From Pirellulales bacterium (GTDB lineage Bacteria; Planctomycetota; Planctomycetia; Pirellulales; UBA1268): 42,513 bases of DNA. The stretch covers positions 1 through 42,513 of the forward strand of contig JBIJCJ010000003.1 of the NCBI GenBank assembly GCA_044344765.1. The letters run 5' to 3'. The notes beneath the pieces are model-generated. The model did no database searches, had not been told where the DNA came from, and saw only the letters and a list, made by a program, of their open reading frames with translations. Numbering within the stretch: position 1 is the first letter of the stretch; every line of letters begins with the position of its first letter. Below, piece by piece: positions 27,875 to 37,098 of the stretch. Both the position numbers and the translations under genes were made by a program.

Positions 27875-28989
27875 GCACGAACCCGCCCGCCATGTCGACC
27901 GGCGCCATGTTCCTGCGACGGTCGCTGCCCACCGTGCTCCTGCTTGCCGGTGCCTCGGTGCTGCTGCTCGTGACCGATCGGGCGGGCGGCACGCGGGCGG
28001 TGCCGGCCGTGGCCGTGCTCCAGCAGGTGAGCACGACGCTGCTCGACGATGCCGTCACGGGCATGATCGAAGGGCTCGCGGAACGCGGCTATGTGGACGG
28101 GAAGACGGTGACGATCCGCCGCTATAACGCGGAGGGAGATCTCGCCCAGGCCAATGCCATCGCGCGGGAGATCGCCGGCGGCCCGTTCGACCTCGCCCTC
28201 ACCTCGAGCACGCCGTCGCTCCAGGCACTGGCCACAGCCAACGACCGCGGCCGGATCCTCCATGTGTTCTCCGCGGTCGCCGATCCATTCTCCACCGGCG
28301 TCGGTTTCGACCGGCGCGATCCGCTGGTGCACCCGCGACACCTCGTCGGCTACGGCAGCCTCGCGCCGGTCGATGCCACCTTCCGCATGGCGCAGGCGAT
28401 CAATCCGCGGCTCGGCAAGGTGGGCGTGGCCCACAATCCGTCCGAGAGCAACTCCCGCCGGTTCATGGAACTCGCGCGGGCGAGCTGCAAGGCCCGCGGC
28501 ATCGTGCTCCTGGAGGCGGCTGTGGAGAACTCGTCGGGCGTGATCGAGGCGATCCAAGCGACGCTTGCGCGGGGCGCGGAGGCCGTCTTCGTGCCCGGCG
28601 ATACGACGGTGTCGAGCGTCATCGACTCGATCGTCGCCACGGCGGCGAAGGCGGGCGTGCCCGTGTTCACCGTCGTGCCCGGAAAGCCGGATCGGGGCAC
28701 GCTCTTCGACGTGGGCTTCGACTTCCGGGAGGTGGGCCTGCTGGCCGGCCGGCTCGCGGGCGACCTGCTCGGCGGCAAGGATCCGGCCACGGTGCCGATC
28801 GGCGAGACGTCCCGGGAAATCCCCCCGCGGCTGACCCTCAATCTCGCGGCCCCGGGCTACGACCGCAGCCGTTGGCGGGTGCCCGACGAGCTGGTGCGGC
28901 AGGCCACGATCGTGATCGACGACGCGGGCCGCCGCGGGCAGACCGACGCCGTGCTCGCCGGCCCCTTCACCGAGGCCACGCCCGAGTAG
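27871..28989 (+). CDS. ABC transporter substrate-binding protein (ABC_sub_bind type)
   Basis: N-terminal anchor, GY.DGK, YNAEGD, STPSLQA, FSAVADP, HNPSESNS; ATGA overlap with the ATPase. Confidence 0.9.
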   Translation: MSTNPPAMSTGAMFLRRSLPTVLLLAGASVLLLVTDRAGGTRAVPAVAVLQQVSTTLLDDAVTGMIEGLAERGYVDGKTVTIRRYNAEGDLAQANAIAREIAGGPFDLALTSSTPSLQALATANDRGRILHVFSAVADPFSTGVGFDRRDPLVHPRHLVGYGSLAPVDATFRMAQAINPRLGKVGVAHNPSESNSRRFMELARASCKARGIVLLEAAVENSSGVIEAIQATLARGAEAVFVPGDTTVSSVIDSIVATAAKAGVPVFTVVPGKPDRGTLFDVGFDFREVGLLAGRLAGDLLGGKDPATVPIGETSREIPPRLTLNLAAPGYDRSRWRVPDELVRQATIVIDDAGRRGQTDAVLAGPFTEATPE

Positions 28990-29001
28990 TCGCAGGCCTG
29001 C

Positions 29002-29138
29002 AGGCTGCACGCCCAGGGACTGGCGTCGCTGAAATCACTCGGGATTCAGCTCGCTCCGCTTCGTCGAACCGCGTCGTGCGGACCCTCATGCTACGTGGTG
29101 TTGGGGGGCGGGCGGGGCAACCCGCCCGGCTACCCGAT
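29002..29138 (+). mobile_element. 5'-truncated class C group II intron remnant (end of RT/maturase ORF, domain V, domain VI)
   Basis: DV at 29066-29100, GAACCGCGTCGTGCGGACCCTCATGCTACGTGGTG, with CGC triad and ACCGCGT/ACGTGGT stem. DVI CGGGCGGG-GCAA-CCCGCCCG with bulged A29132 and 3' end ACCCGAT. Upstream reads LHAQGLASLKSL(G)IQLAPLRRTA, like a IIC intron-protein C-terminus. Confidence 0.88.
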
Positions 29139-29305
29139 TCGGGCTGCCTTGGTTTTTGGCAAGTCATTGCGATTGCTGACGCGGTTAGGGGCCATGAGTC
29201 GACGACTGGAGCCGCCCTCCTCGCGCCGACGGCACACCCTCGAGGAGAGGGGTGTATATTGCCGACTCGACGTCAAGACTTTTCAAAACCTCATCCTCCC
29301 GACTC

Positions 29306-30019
29306 ATGGCAGAGCGAATCCAGATCCACGTCTTCAAGGGCATAACACTTGACGCTTTTCAGGCCGCGGCGGATGAGGTCGCAGAGCGAATTGGCCGAAC
29401 GATCCTCTGGAATACAAAGGCGAGCGACAGGAAAGATGACTTTCTCTTGGCAGCGAACGAGAAGTCCGTCGCCGTTTTCATGAACCGTTCAGAAAACCTT
29501 TCTCTTGCTGAGGTGGCTAAGTCACTTCAGGCAACTTGGATGATTGTCCGCATGCAAGAAGGGGAGCTCTGGGACTACTCGCTTTATCGTGGTGAAACCC
29601 ATGTCCATACTTTCAGTACATACCCGACGTACTGGGGCATGAAGCGGTTGTCCAGGCAGGCGGTGCGGAACGTTCTCGACGAACTGTGTCGCGAATGGGG
29701 CTGCTCGCGAGCTTGCGTTGCGAAGTACCTGGTTCAGTGGAAAGCACAACGGCCGTGGTACGCATACGTTTTCTGGTGGATCACGTGGTTTTACCCGCGG
29801 CCGCTGGTCATCTCTTCAGATCACTGGTACTTCAGGATGTTCATGTTGGTGGACACGATTCCAAAAGGAAAAGCCTATGAATCCGACAAGGCCGAATACG
29901 GAGACTGCTGGCAGATGATGGACTACCTGCGGGCGATAGGGGCTTCAGATCCACTGGATCCCAACAATGGCGCTTCTTCTAACGACATTACGGCCGTTCG
30001 TGATCAAGCCGCTTCATGA
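29306..30019 (+). CDS. Hypothetical protein, visibly lower GC than its neighbours
   Basis: 237-aa ORF with A/T-rich codons; blocks EGELWDYSLY, FSTYPTYW, KAYESD..YGDCWQMMDYLRAIG. Confidence 0.75.
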   Translation: MAERIQIHVFKGITLDAFQAAADEVAERIGRTILWNTKASDRKDDFLLAANEKSVAVFMNRSENLSLAEVAKSLQATWMIVRMQEGELWDYSLYRGETHVHTFSTYPTYWGMKRLSRQAVRNVLDELCREWGCSRACVAKYLVQWKAQRPWYAYVFWWITWFYPRPLVISSDHWYFRMFMLVDTIPKGKAYESDKAEYGDCWQMMDYLRAIGASDPLDPNNGASSNDITAVRDQAAS

Positions 30020-30202
30020 TTGCAGCAATCGATCGATGCGAAAGGAACTGGCGATTGGGGATCCTTGTTTTGCTCCCGTCGAATCTGGAATCTCTGCGGG
30101 CAAAGGTTTGCCTGCCCTTTCCTCCGGAGGATTCCATCCCATGCCCCAGAAGCCCAAGCGGATGTCCGGACCCGGGCCGCGGCTTGGAGGCGGGACGGCC
30201 GG

Positions 30203-32602
30203 TCAGTGGTTCAGGGAGTAGAGCAGCACGTTGAGGGCGATCTTCTCGGCGTCGTCCCGGCCATACCCCGTGCACTCCATCGAGTTTTGCTTCTCCAGGG
30301 CGCAGGAGATGTCGTAGGGGGAGAAGATCACCGCCCACCGGTCGCCCATCCGCACGCCCTCGAGCTTCGGGGGAATCTTCCGCTTCCGCACGCCCAGCGG
30401 GCCCTCGCCACCGGCCGGCTCGCGGAGCGTCACCTCGCGAATGTCGTAGCCGCCGTACTCGCGTGCGGAGAAGATCGGGTCGTCGGCGGGAATTTCCTCG
30501 AGCTTGTGGTTCGGCAGGAGGGCCGCGATCTCCGCCCGGAAGGCCTGCGTGAAGCCGCCGGCGGCGCAGACACTGTCGGCCAGCAGCGTGCCGCCCCGCT
30601 GGAGGAAGGCCGCGAGCCGCTCGCGACGCGGGGCGTCGAAGGCGAAGCCCTGTCGGCCGTGCATGAAGACGAGGTGATAATCGAAGAGCCGCTCGTCGCC
30701 CGGGTCGATCTGGCTCGGTGTGTCGTCCACGCGGGCGCCGAGCTCACGGGCCGCCGCACGGAGGATGTTGGCCAGGGCCGCCGGAGCCGCGTCGCACATG
30801 CCCGCGTGCTTGAGCTTGCCGATCGCGATCTGACCGCGCTCGAAGTCGTCGGGCTCGGAACGCTCGGCCGGGGCCACGGCGAACAGCTCGTCCTTGCGCT
30901 TCAGTTCGCGGTTGGTGGCGTAGGCGAGAACGTTCGTGCCGATCGCGAGCGCTGCGTCCACCTCCGTCTTGATCTTCGGCGGCAGCGCCCGGCGGGAAGG
31001 GCCGCCAAGCTCCCACAGGCAGGAGAGGCTCGGCATGGCGCCGTCTTCGGGCCGGGCATCCGTCGGTGGAGCGTAGATCAGGCAGGTGCGGCACCCGTAG
31101 TCGATGCCGAGCAGCGGGCGGTGCAGGTTCGGGGGCACGATCTCCTCGGCGTGCCAGGCGGGATGCTCCGGCGGCAGGAGGTTCAGGCGGTACTCGGGCT
31201 CGGGAAAAATCTCGCCCACGAGCTGGCGGAACCGCCGGTCGAACTCGCCGCTCTTCGGGCAGCAGGCCTCGGCGAAGATGAAGCCGCCTTCGTCGAGGTA
31301 GCGGCGCAGTCGCGGCCCGGCTTCGGGGCCGAGATCGAAGGCCACCTTGCCCGACAGCCAGAACACCGGCGCCTGCAGCAGATCTTCGAGCTTGGCCGAC
31401 GGCACGTGGAGGACGTGCCAGGAGAGGCCCGCCGGATAGTCCTTCCGCCAGCGTTTCTCGACGTGCTCGACGAGGTGCGCGATGTCGTGGCCGTGACGAT
31501 TCCAGTCGTTGTCGGGATCGTGCCGGCTCTTGGCGACGATCACCGGACGACGGCCCTTGGCGAGGAACAGCAGGGCGAAGCTCGTGGCCACGACCGGGTC
31601 TTCGATCCGCGGCGCGACGAACCGCCCCGTGAGGCCGTCCTGGACGTTGACGAACATCCGCGCCCCCTCCAGGTACCAGTCGTGTTCACCGATGTAGCGG
31701 CGGGCGGTGAACCGCCCCACCCGCTCGAGGCCGTAGAGGTAGTAGTAGAGCCATGTCTGGCCGCCGGTGCCCGGATTGTCGACCACCGAGAACCGCCGGC
31801 CGAGCCAGTCGAGGCCCCGTTCCAGCACCTTCGGCGTCGAGCCGCCGCCACAGCAGGAAACGCTCTCCTGCGCCGCGCGGGCGTCGGGAGTGCCGATGTG
31901 CTCGGCGGTGATCCACACGCTGGCGATGCCGGCGCAGGTCATGCTCCCCGAGCCGCCGGCGTTGCCGATCGTGTACCCCCAGGAGCCGTCGGCGTTGGCG
32001 CAGGCCACCCAATATTGTTGCGCCCGGACCCAGGTCTCCTCCTTCACTCGCACTCCCACCCGGGCCGCCTCGTGGAGGGCCAGCAAGGCGAACTGGGAGT
32101 TGGAGTTGTCGCCGCCGCCGCCGCCCCGGTCCCGCTGGCCGTACGACCAGGCGCCGGCCGTCGGCCCCTGCCGCACCTGCCCGTCCTCGAGCCAGGCTGC
32201 ATTCCGCTCGATGAGCGCCCGGTCGGCGTCGGGCGAGAGCATGGCGAAGACCATCGTCTGCAGCGAGACGGCGTAGGTGTCGTCGGCGGTCTGACGGCGG
32301 AGCCACTCCACCGCCCGCTGCATGTTGAGGTTGTTTTCGTCGACGCCGGCATTGGCCAACGCCAGCACGACGAGCGACGTGGCGCCCACGTTCGTGTTGC
32401 TCGCCCGCATCGCCGTCCAGGAGCCGTCGGGCCGCTGCTGCTGGATCAGCCAGTCGCGGGCCCGCTCGATCGACCGCTGGATCTGGCCTGGCGTGAGTTG
32501 TGGCGGTTCGGCCGCCCGGGCCGGCGCCGCGAGCAGCAGGGCGGCCGCGCCGGCGAAGGCGAGCCACGGCTGGCGTCGAACGGGGCGCACGGCCGACCTC
32601 AC
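30203..32602 (-). CDS. Secreted prenyltransferase/squalene-cyclase-like repeat protein with two DUF4159 domains
   Basis: Signal peptide; QQRPDGSW, GDNSNSQFALLAL, YYYLYGLERVG; two DUF4159 units (LRRYLDEGGFIFAE, LAAFLQRGGTLLAD). Confidence 0.88.
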   Translation of the reverse strand: MRSAVRPVRRQPWLAFAGAAALLLAAPARAAEPPQLTPGQIQRSIERARDWLIQQQRPDGSWTAMRASNTNVGATSLVVLALANAGVDENNLNMQRAVEWLRRQTADDTYAVSLQTMVFAMLSPDADRALIERNAAWLEDGQVRQGPTAGAWSYGQRDRGGGGGDNSNSQFALLALHEAARVGVRVKEETWVRAQQYWVACANADGSWGYTIGNAGGSGSMTCAGIASVWITAEHIGTPDARAAQESVSCCGGGSTPKVLERGLDWLGRRFSVVDNPGTGGQTWLYYYLYGLERVGRFTARRYIGEHDWYLEGARMFVNVQDGLTGRFVAPRIEDPVVATSFALLFLAKGRRPVIVAKSRHDPDNDWNRHGHDIAHLVEHVEKRWRKDYPAGLSWHVLHVPSAKLEDLLQAPVFWLSGKVAFDLGPEAGPRLRRYLDEGGFIFAEACCPKSGEFDRRFRQLVGEIFPEPEYRLNLLPPEHPAWHAEEIVPPNLHRPLLGIDYGCRTCLIYAPPTDARPEDGAMPSLSCLWELGGPSRRALPPKIKTEVDAALAIGTNVLAYATNRELKRKDELFAVAPAERSEPDDFERGQIAIGKLKHAGMCDAAPAALANILRAAARELGARVDDTPSQIDPGDERLFDYHLVFMHGRQGFAFDAPRRERLAAFLQRGGTLLADSVCAAGGFTQAFRAEIAALLPNHKLEEIPADDPIFSAREYGGYDIREVTLREPAGGEGPLGVRKRKIPPKLEGVRMGDRWAVIFSPYDISCALEKQNSMECTGYGRDDAEKIALNVLLYSLNH

Positions 32603-32774
32603 GAGGAGGAAAGAGAAGTCACACCTTGCCCAATCCTATCACGTTTCATGCCGCGACGTCATGCGGGGCCACCGCGGTGCCCTCGAAAGCCTGCCGCCAA
32701 TTGCCGCTGCGGCGGCGGAAGTCGATACTGAAGCAATCGAATCGCCTGTCCCGTTCTTCAGGAAGGATCGCAGC

Positions 32775-33800
<1,026 letters not shown>

Positions 33801-33838
33801 GCGAACGAGGAACGCGGGCCCTGGGCCCGTGCCGAAGC

Positions 33839-34738
33839 ATGCCCCGCGCCGTCGAGGAATACCTGAAGCCGGAGGTCGTGCGGCAGATCGCGCGGCTGGA
33901 TCTCCGTGCCCAGTTCATCGTCAAGGGCTTCCTCCAGGGCCTGCATGCCAGCCCCTACCAGGGCTTCTCGGTGGAGTTCAGCGAGCACCGCAAGTACGCC
34001 CCCGGGGACGATCCGAAGGACATCGACTGGCTGGTCTACGCCAAGACCGACAAGCACTACGTCAAGAAGTTCGAGGCCGAGACCAACATCACCGGCTACC
34101 TGGTGGTCGATACCAGTGCCTCGATGGCCTACACCTACCGCCAGCAGCTCTCCAAGCTCGACTATTCGATCTCGCTGGCCGCCGCGCTCTGCTGGCTGAT
34201 GGTCCACCAGCAGGATCCCTGCGGCCTGATGGTCTTCGACGAGAAGCTTCACGCCTCGCTGCCGGCCCGGTCGCGGCGGTCGCAGATCGCCCAGGTGCTC
34301 TCGGTGCTCGCCAAGGTGAAGCCGTCGGGCAAGACCGACATCGCCCGCAGCCTCGTGCAGGTGGCCGCCATGCTCCGGCACCGATCGCTGGTGATGGTGT
34401 TCAGCGACCTGCTGGCCGACCCGGCCCCGATCCGCGACGCCCTCATGCGGCTCCGCCACCGGGGGCACGACGTGATCCTGTTCCACGTGCTCGACGAGGC
34501 GGAGGTGCGGTTTCCGTTCGACGGCATGGTGGAGCTGACCGAGCCGGAGACGCGGGACCGGCTGGTGATCGACGCCGACGCCGCCCGCCAGGCGTACGTC
34601 GAGAGCGTGGCCGCGTTTCGGGAGGAATACCGGCGGACCTGCTTCCACGCCGGGATCGATTACGTGCCGCTCGACACGAGCATGCAGTTCGACAAGGCGC
34701 TGATGGAATACCTGATCAGCCGGCGGAACAGGTTTTGA
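33839..34738 (+). CDS. DUF58 domain-containing protein (vWA-like)
   Basis: GLHASP, EFSEHRKY.PGDD..IDW, VKKFEAET, VDTSASM. Confidence 0.93.
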   Translation: MPRAVEEYLKPEVVRQIARLDLRAQFIVKGFLQGLHASPYQGFSVEFSEHRKYAPGDDPKDIDWLVYAKTDKHYVKKFEAETNITGYLVVDTSASMAYTYRQQLSKLDYSISLAAALCWLMVHQQDPCGLMVFDEKLHASLPARSRRSQIAQVLSVLAKVKPSGKTDIARSLVQVAAMLRHRSLVMVFSDLLADPAPIRDALMRLRHRGHDVILFHVLDEAEVRFPFDGMVELTEPETRDRLVIDADAARQAYVESVAAFREEYRRTCFHAGIDYVPLDTSMQFDKALMEYLISRRNRF

Positions 34739-34740
34739 CC

Positions 34741-37098
34741 ATGGGCGTGTCGTTTCTGTCGCCGCTGCTGCTGGGTGGGGCGGCCCTCGTCGCCGTGCCG
34801 ATCGTGCTCCACCTGATCATGCGGCGCAAGCCCGTGCCGCACGAGTTCCCGGCCCTGCGGTTCCTCCGCGAACGGGCCACGGCCACGCGGCGCCGCCTGC
34901 GGCTGAGCCACATCCTGCTGCTGCTGCTGCGGGTGGCGGCGATCGCGCTCCTGGCCACCGCGCTGGCCCGGCCGGTGCTCCGCGGGGCGGGCTGGCTCGG
35001 CGACCGCGAGGGGCCGGTGGCGGCGGCTTTCGTCTTCGACACCGCCCCGCGGATGATGCTCCGCGAGGCGAACCGCACGCGGCTCGACCAGGCCAAGGCG
35101 ATGGCGAAGGTGCTGTTCGGCAAGCTGCCGGCCGCGAGCAAGGTGGCCGTGCTCGACACGTCCGGCGGGGCCGCGGCCTTCTCCCCGACCGACGCGGCCG
35201 CGGCGGTGCGGATCGAGAAGCTCACCGCCGCCACGCCCACCGTGCCGCTCACCGCCGCGATCGCCGACGGGCTGCGGCTGCTGGAGGGCGCCGGCCTCGA
35301 ACGCCGCGAGCTCTACGTGTTCACCGACTGTTCCCGCGGTGCCTGGGAGAACGCGGCGCCGCTGGATCTGGCCACCTCGCATCCCGGCACGGCGGTGCTG
35401 TTCGTCGATGTGGCGGCGGCGGCACCGCAGAACTTCGCGATCGAGGGCATCGCCCTCTCCAGCGATCAACTCCCGGCTGGAACTCCGCTGGCCATCACCG
35501 CCTCCACCGGCCGCAGCGGCCCGGAAGCGACCCGTGCCGTGGCGGTCGAGGTTCTCGCCGCCGACGGCCACTACGTCCGCCGCGCGGTGAAGCCGCTGGT
35601 GTGGAGGCCGGGGATCGCCGACCAGATCGACTTCGAGGTCGCCGGATTGGAGCCGGGCCTGCGGCAGGGCCGCGTGATCATCGAGGGCTCCGACGACCTG
35701 GAGGCCGACGACGTCCGGGCGTTCACCGTGGAGGTCGGGGCGCCGGCCCGGGTGATCGTGGCGGCGCCGGCGCCCGCGGCCCGAACCGGCCTGTTCATGA
35801 TGCAGGCGGTCGCGCCCCTGGCACTCCGCAAGGCGGGCAGGGCACGGTTCGACGCGACGCTCGTGGATGTGGCGACGCTCGACACGGTCTCGTGGGATGC
35901 GGCCCGCGGCATCGTGCTGGTTGATCCGCCACCGTTGCCGCCGCGGACGTGGGAGATGCTCGAGCAGTGGACCGCGGCGGGAAGGGGGCTCGTGGTCTGG
36001 CTCGGCCCCCGGGCCGGCGACCCGGCCAGGTTCAACTCCGCCGCGTCGACCCGGGTGCTCGGCGGCACGATCGTGCGGGTGTGGCGCAGCCCGGACGGGG
36101 GAAACTTCCTCGCGCCGGCGGCCCTCGACCATCCGATCCTGGCGGCGTTCCGTCGGGTCGGCGACGAGGTGCCGTGGCAGGACTTTCCCGTGTCGCGGCA
36201 CTGGGAGTTCGCGGCGCCGGCGCCGCAGCCTGGCGCGGAGCCTGGCGCGGAGCCTGGCGCGGAGGCCGCCGCGGCGACCGTTGTGGCCGCATACCGCAAC
36301 GGCCTGCCGGCCGTGCTCGAGCATCGCGTCGGCCGGGGTGACGTGATCGTCGTCACCACGCCGGTCTCGCAGGCCGCCGACGACCCCGATGCCTGGAACA
36401 CGCTGGCCACGGGATTCGAGCCCTGGCCGTTCGTGATGCTCGCCAACGAGATGCTGCTGCACGCGATCGACACGGCAGACGACCGGAACGTGGTCACAGG
36501 CACGCCGGCCGTGCTGCACGTCGACCGGCGCGATGTGGCCGCGGCCTTCGTGCGGACGCCGGCCGGTGAGGATTTTCCGGCAGCCGTGGACCAGAAGCGG
36601 GGCACGATCACGGTCACCGCGACCCGGATGCCGGGCAACTACGCCGTCCGCGCCGGCGGGGAGGGGGCGGGCATCGCCAAGGGCTTCAGCGCGAACCTGC
36701 CCGCGGCTGCCACCGACTACGTGCGGCTGCAGCCCGAGGCGCTGGCGACGGTGCTCGGCGCCAGCCACCGACTCGCGCGGACGGAGGCGGAGCTCGTCCG
36801 CGACGTGAACTTGGAGCGGATCGGGGCGGAGCTTTTTGGCTGGCTGATCCTGCTGGCGGCCGTGGTGATGGCGGCCGACTGGATCGTCGCCAACCGGTTC
36901 TATGCGCCGCGTGAGGCCGCCGGCGGGGCGGCCGGGCGCGCCGAGATGTTCGCCGAGACGACCGCCGCGGCGTCTGCGGCGTCTGCGGCGTCTGCGGCGG
37001 ACACGGGACCACCGCCGATGCCGCCCCCCGTGCCGTCTTCGGCTGCGGGGCCAGCTCCCGTCCCGCCGCCGGTGCCCTGGTCCGGAGCCGGCGCATGA
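34741..37098 (+). CDS. BatA-domain / vWA-like membrane protein
   Basis: FLSP.LL..PIVLHL..FPALRFL..LLLLR..LARP N-terminus; C-terminal TM; Pro-rich tail. Confidence 0.9.
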   Translation: MGVSFLSPLLLGGAALVAVPIVLHLIMRRKPVPHEFPALRFLRERATATRRRLRLSHILLLLLRVAAIALLATALARPVLRGAGWLGDREGPVAAAFVFDTAPRMMLREANRTRLDQAKAMAKVLFGKLPAASKVAVLDTSGGAAAFSPTDAAAAVRIEKLTAATPTVPLTAAIADGLRLLEGAGLERRELYVFTDCSRGAWENAAPLDLATSHPGTAVLFVDVAAAAPQNFAIEGIALSSDQLPAGTPLAITASTGRSGPEATRAVAVEVLAADGHYVRRAVKPLVWRPGIADQIDFEVAGLEPGLRQGRVIIEGSDDLEADDVRAFTVEVGAPARVIVAAPAPAARTGLFMMQAVAPLALRKAGRARFDATLVDVATLDTVSWDAARGIVLVDPPPLPPRTWEMLEQWTAAGRGLVVWLGPRAGDPARFNSAASTRVLGGTIVRVWRSPDGGNFLAPAALDHPILAAFRRVGDEVPWQDFPVSRHWEFAAPAPQPGAEPGAEPGAEAAAATVVAAYRNGLPAVLEHRVGRGDVIVVTTPVSQAADDPDAWNTLATGFEPWPFVMLANEMLLHAIDTADDRNVVTGTPAVLHVDRRDVAAAFVRTPAGEDFPAAVDQKRGTITVTATRMPGNYAVRAGGEGAGIAKGFSANLPAAATDYVRLQPEALATVLGASHRLARTEAELVRDVNLERIGAELFGWLILLAAVVMAADWIVANRFYAPREAAGGAAGRAEMFAETTAAASAASAASAADTGPPPMPPPVPSSAAGPAPVPPPVPWSGAGA
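36229..36264 (+). repeat. In-frame 12-bp tandem repeat, 3 copies (PGAE)
   Basis: CCTGGCGCGGAG x3. Confidence 0.9.
36967..36993 (+). repeat. In-frame 9-bp tandem repeat, 3 copies (AAS)
   Basis: GCGGCGTCT x3. Confidence 0.85.

Noticed and set aside
29109-29128. Simple rho-independent terminator
   Set aside because: Better explained as group II intron domain VI, given the adjacent domain V and ACCCGAT end.
29977-30002. attC site at the end of the orphan ORF (TTCTAAC...GTTCGTG)
   Set aside because: The boxes are only ~12 nt apart, inside the ORF, with no L-box palindrome.
30203-32602. Squalene-hopene cyclase / terpene biosynthesis gene
   Set aside because: Has only QW-like repeats, a signal peptide and DUF4159 domains; no DxDD motif seen.
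30020-32731. 903-aa plus-strand ORF
   Set aside because: Antisense shadow of the DUF4159 gene; no recognisable motifs.
33829-34740. N-terminal extension of the 1089-aa BatA ORF
   Set aside because: Overlaps DUF58 out of frame; the BatA motif starts at ATG 34741.
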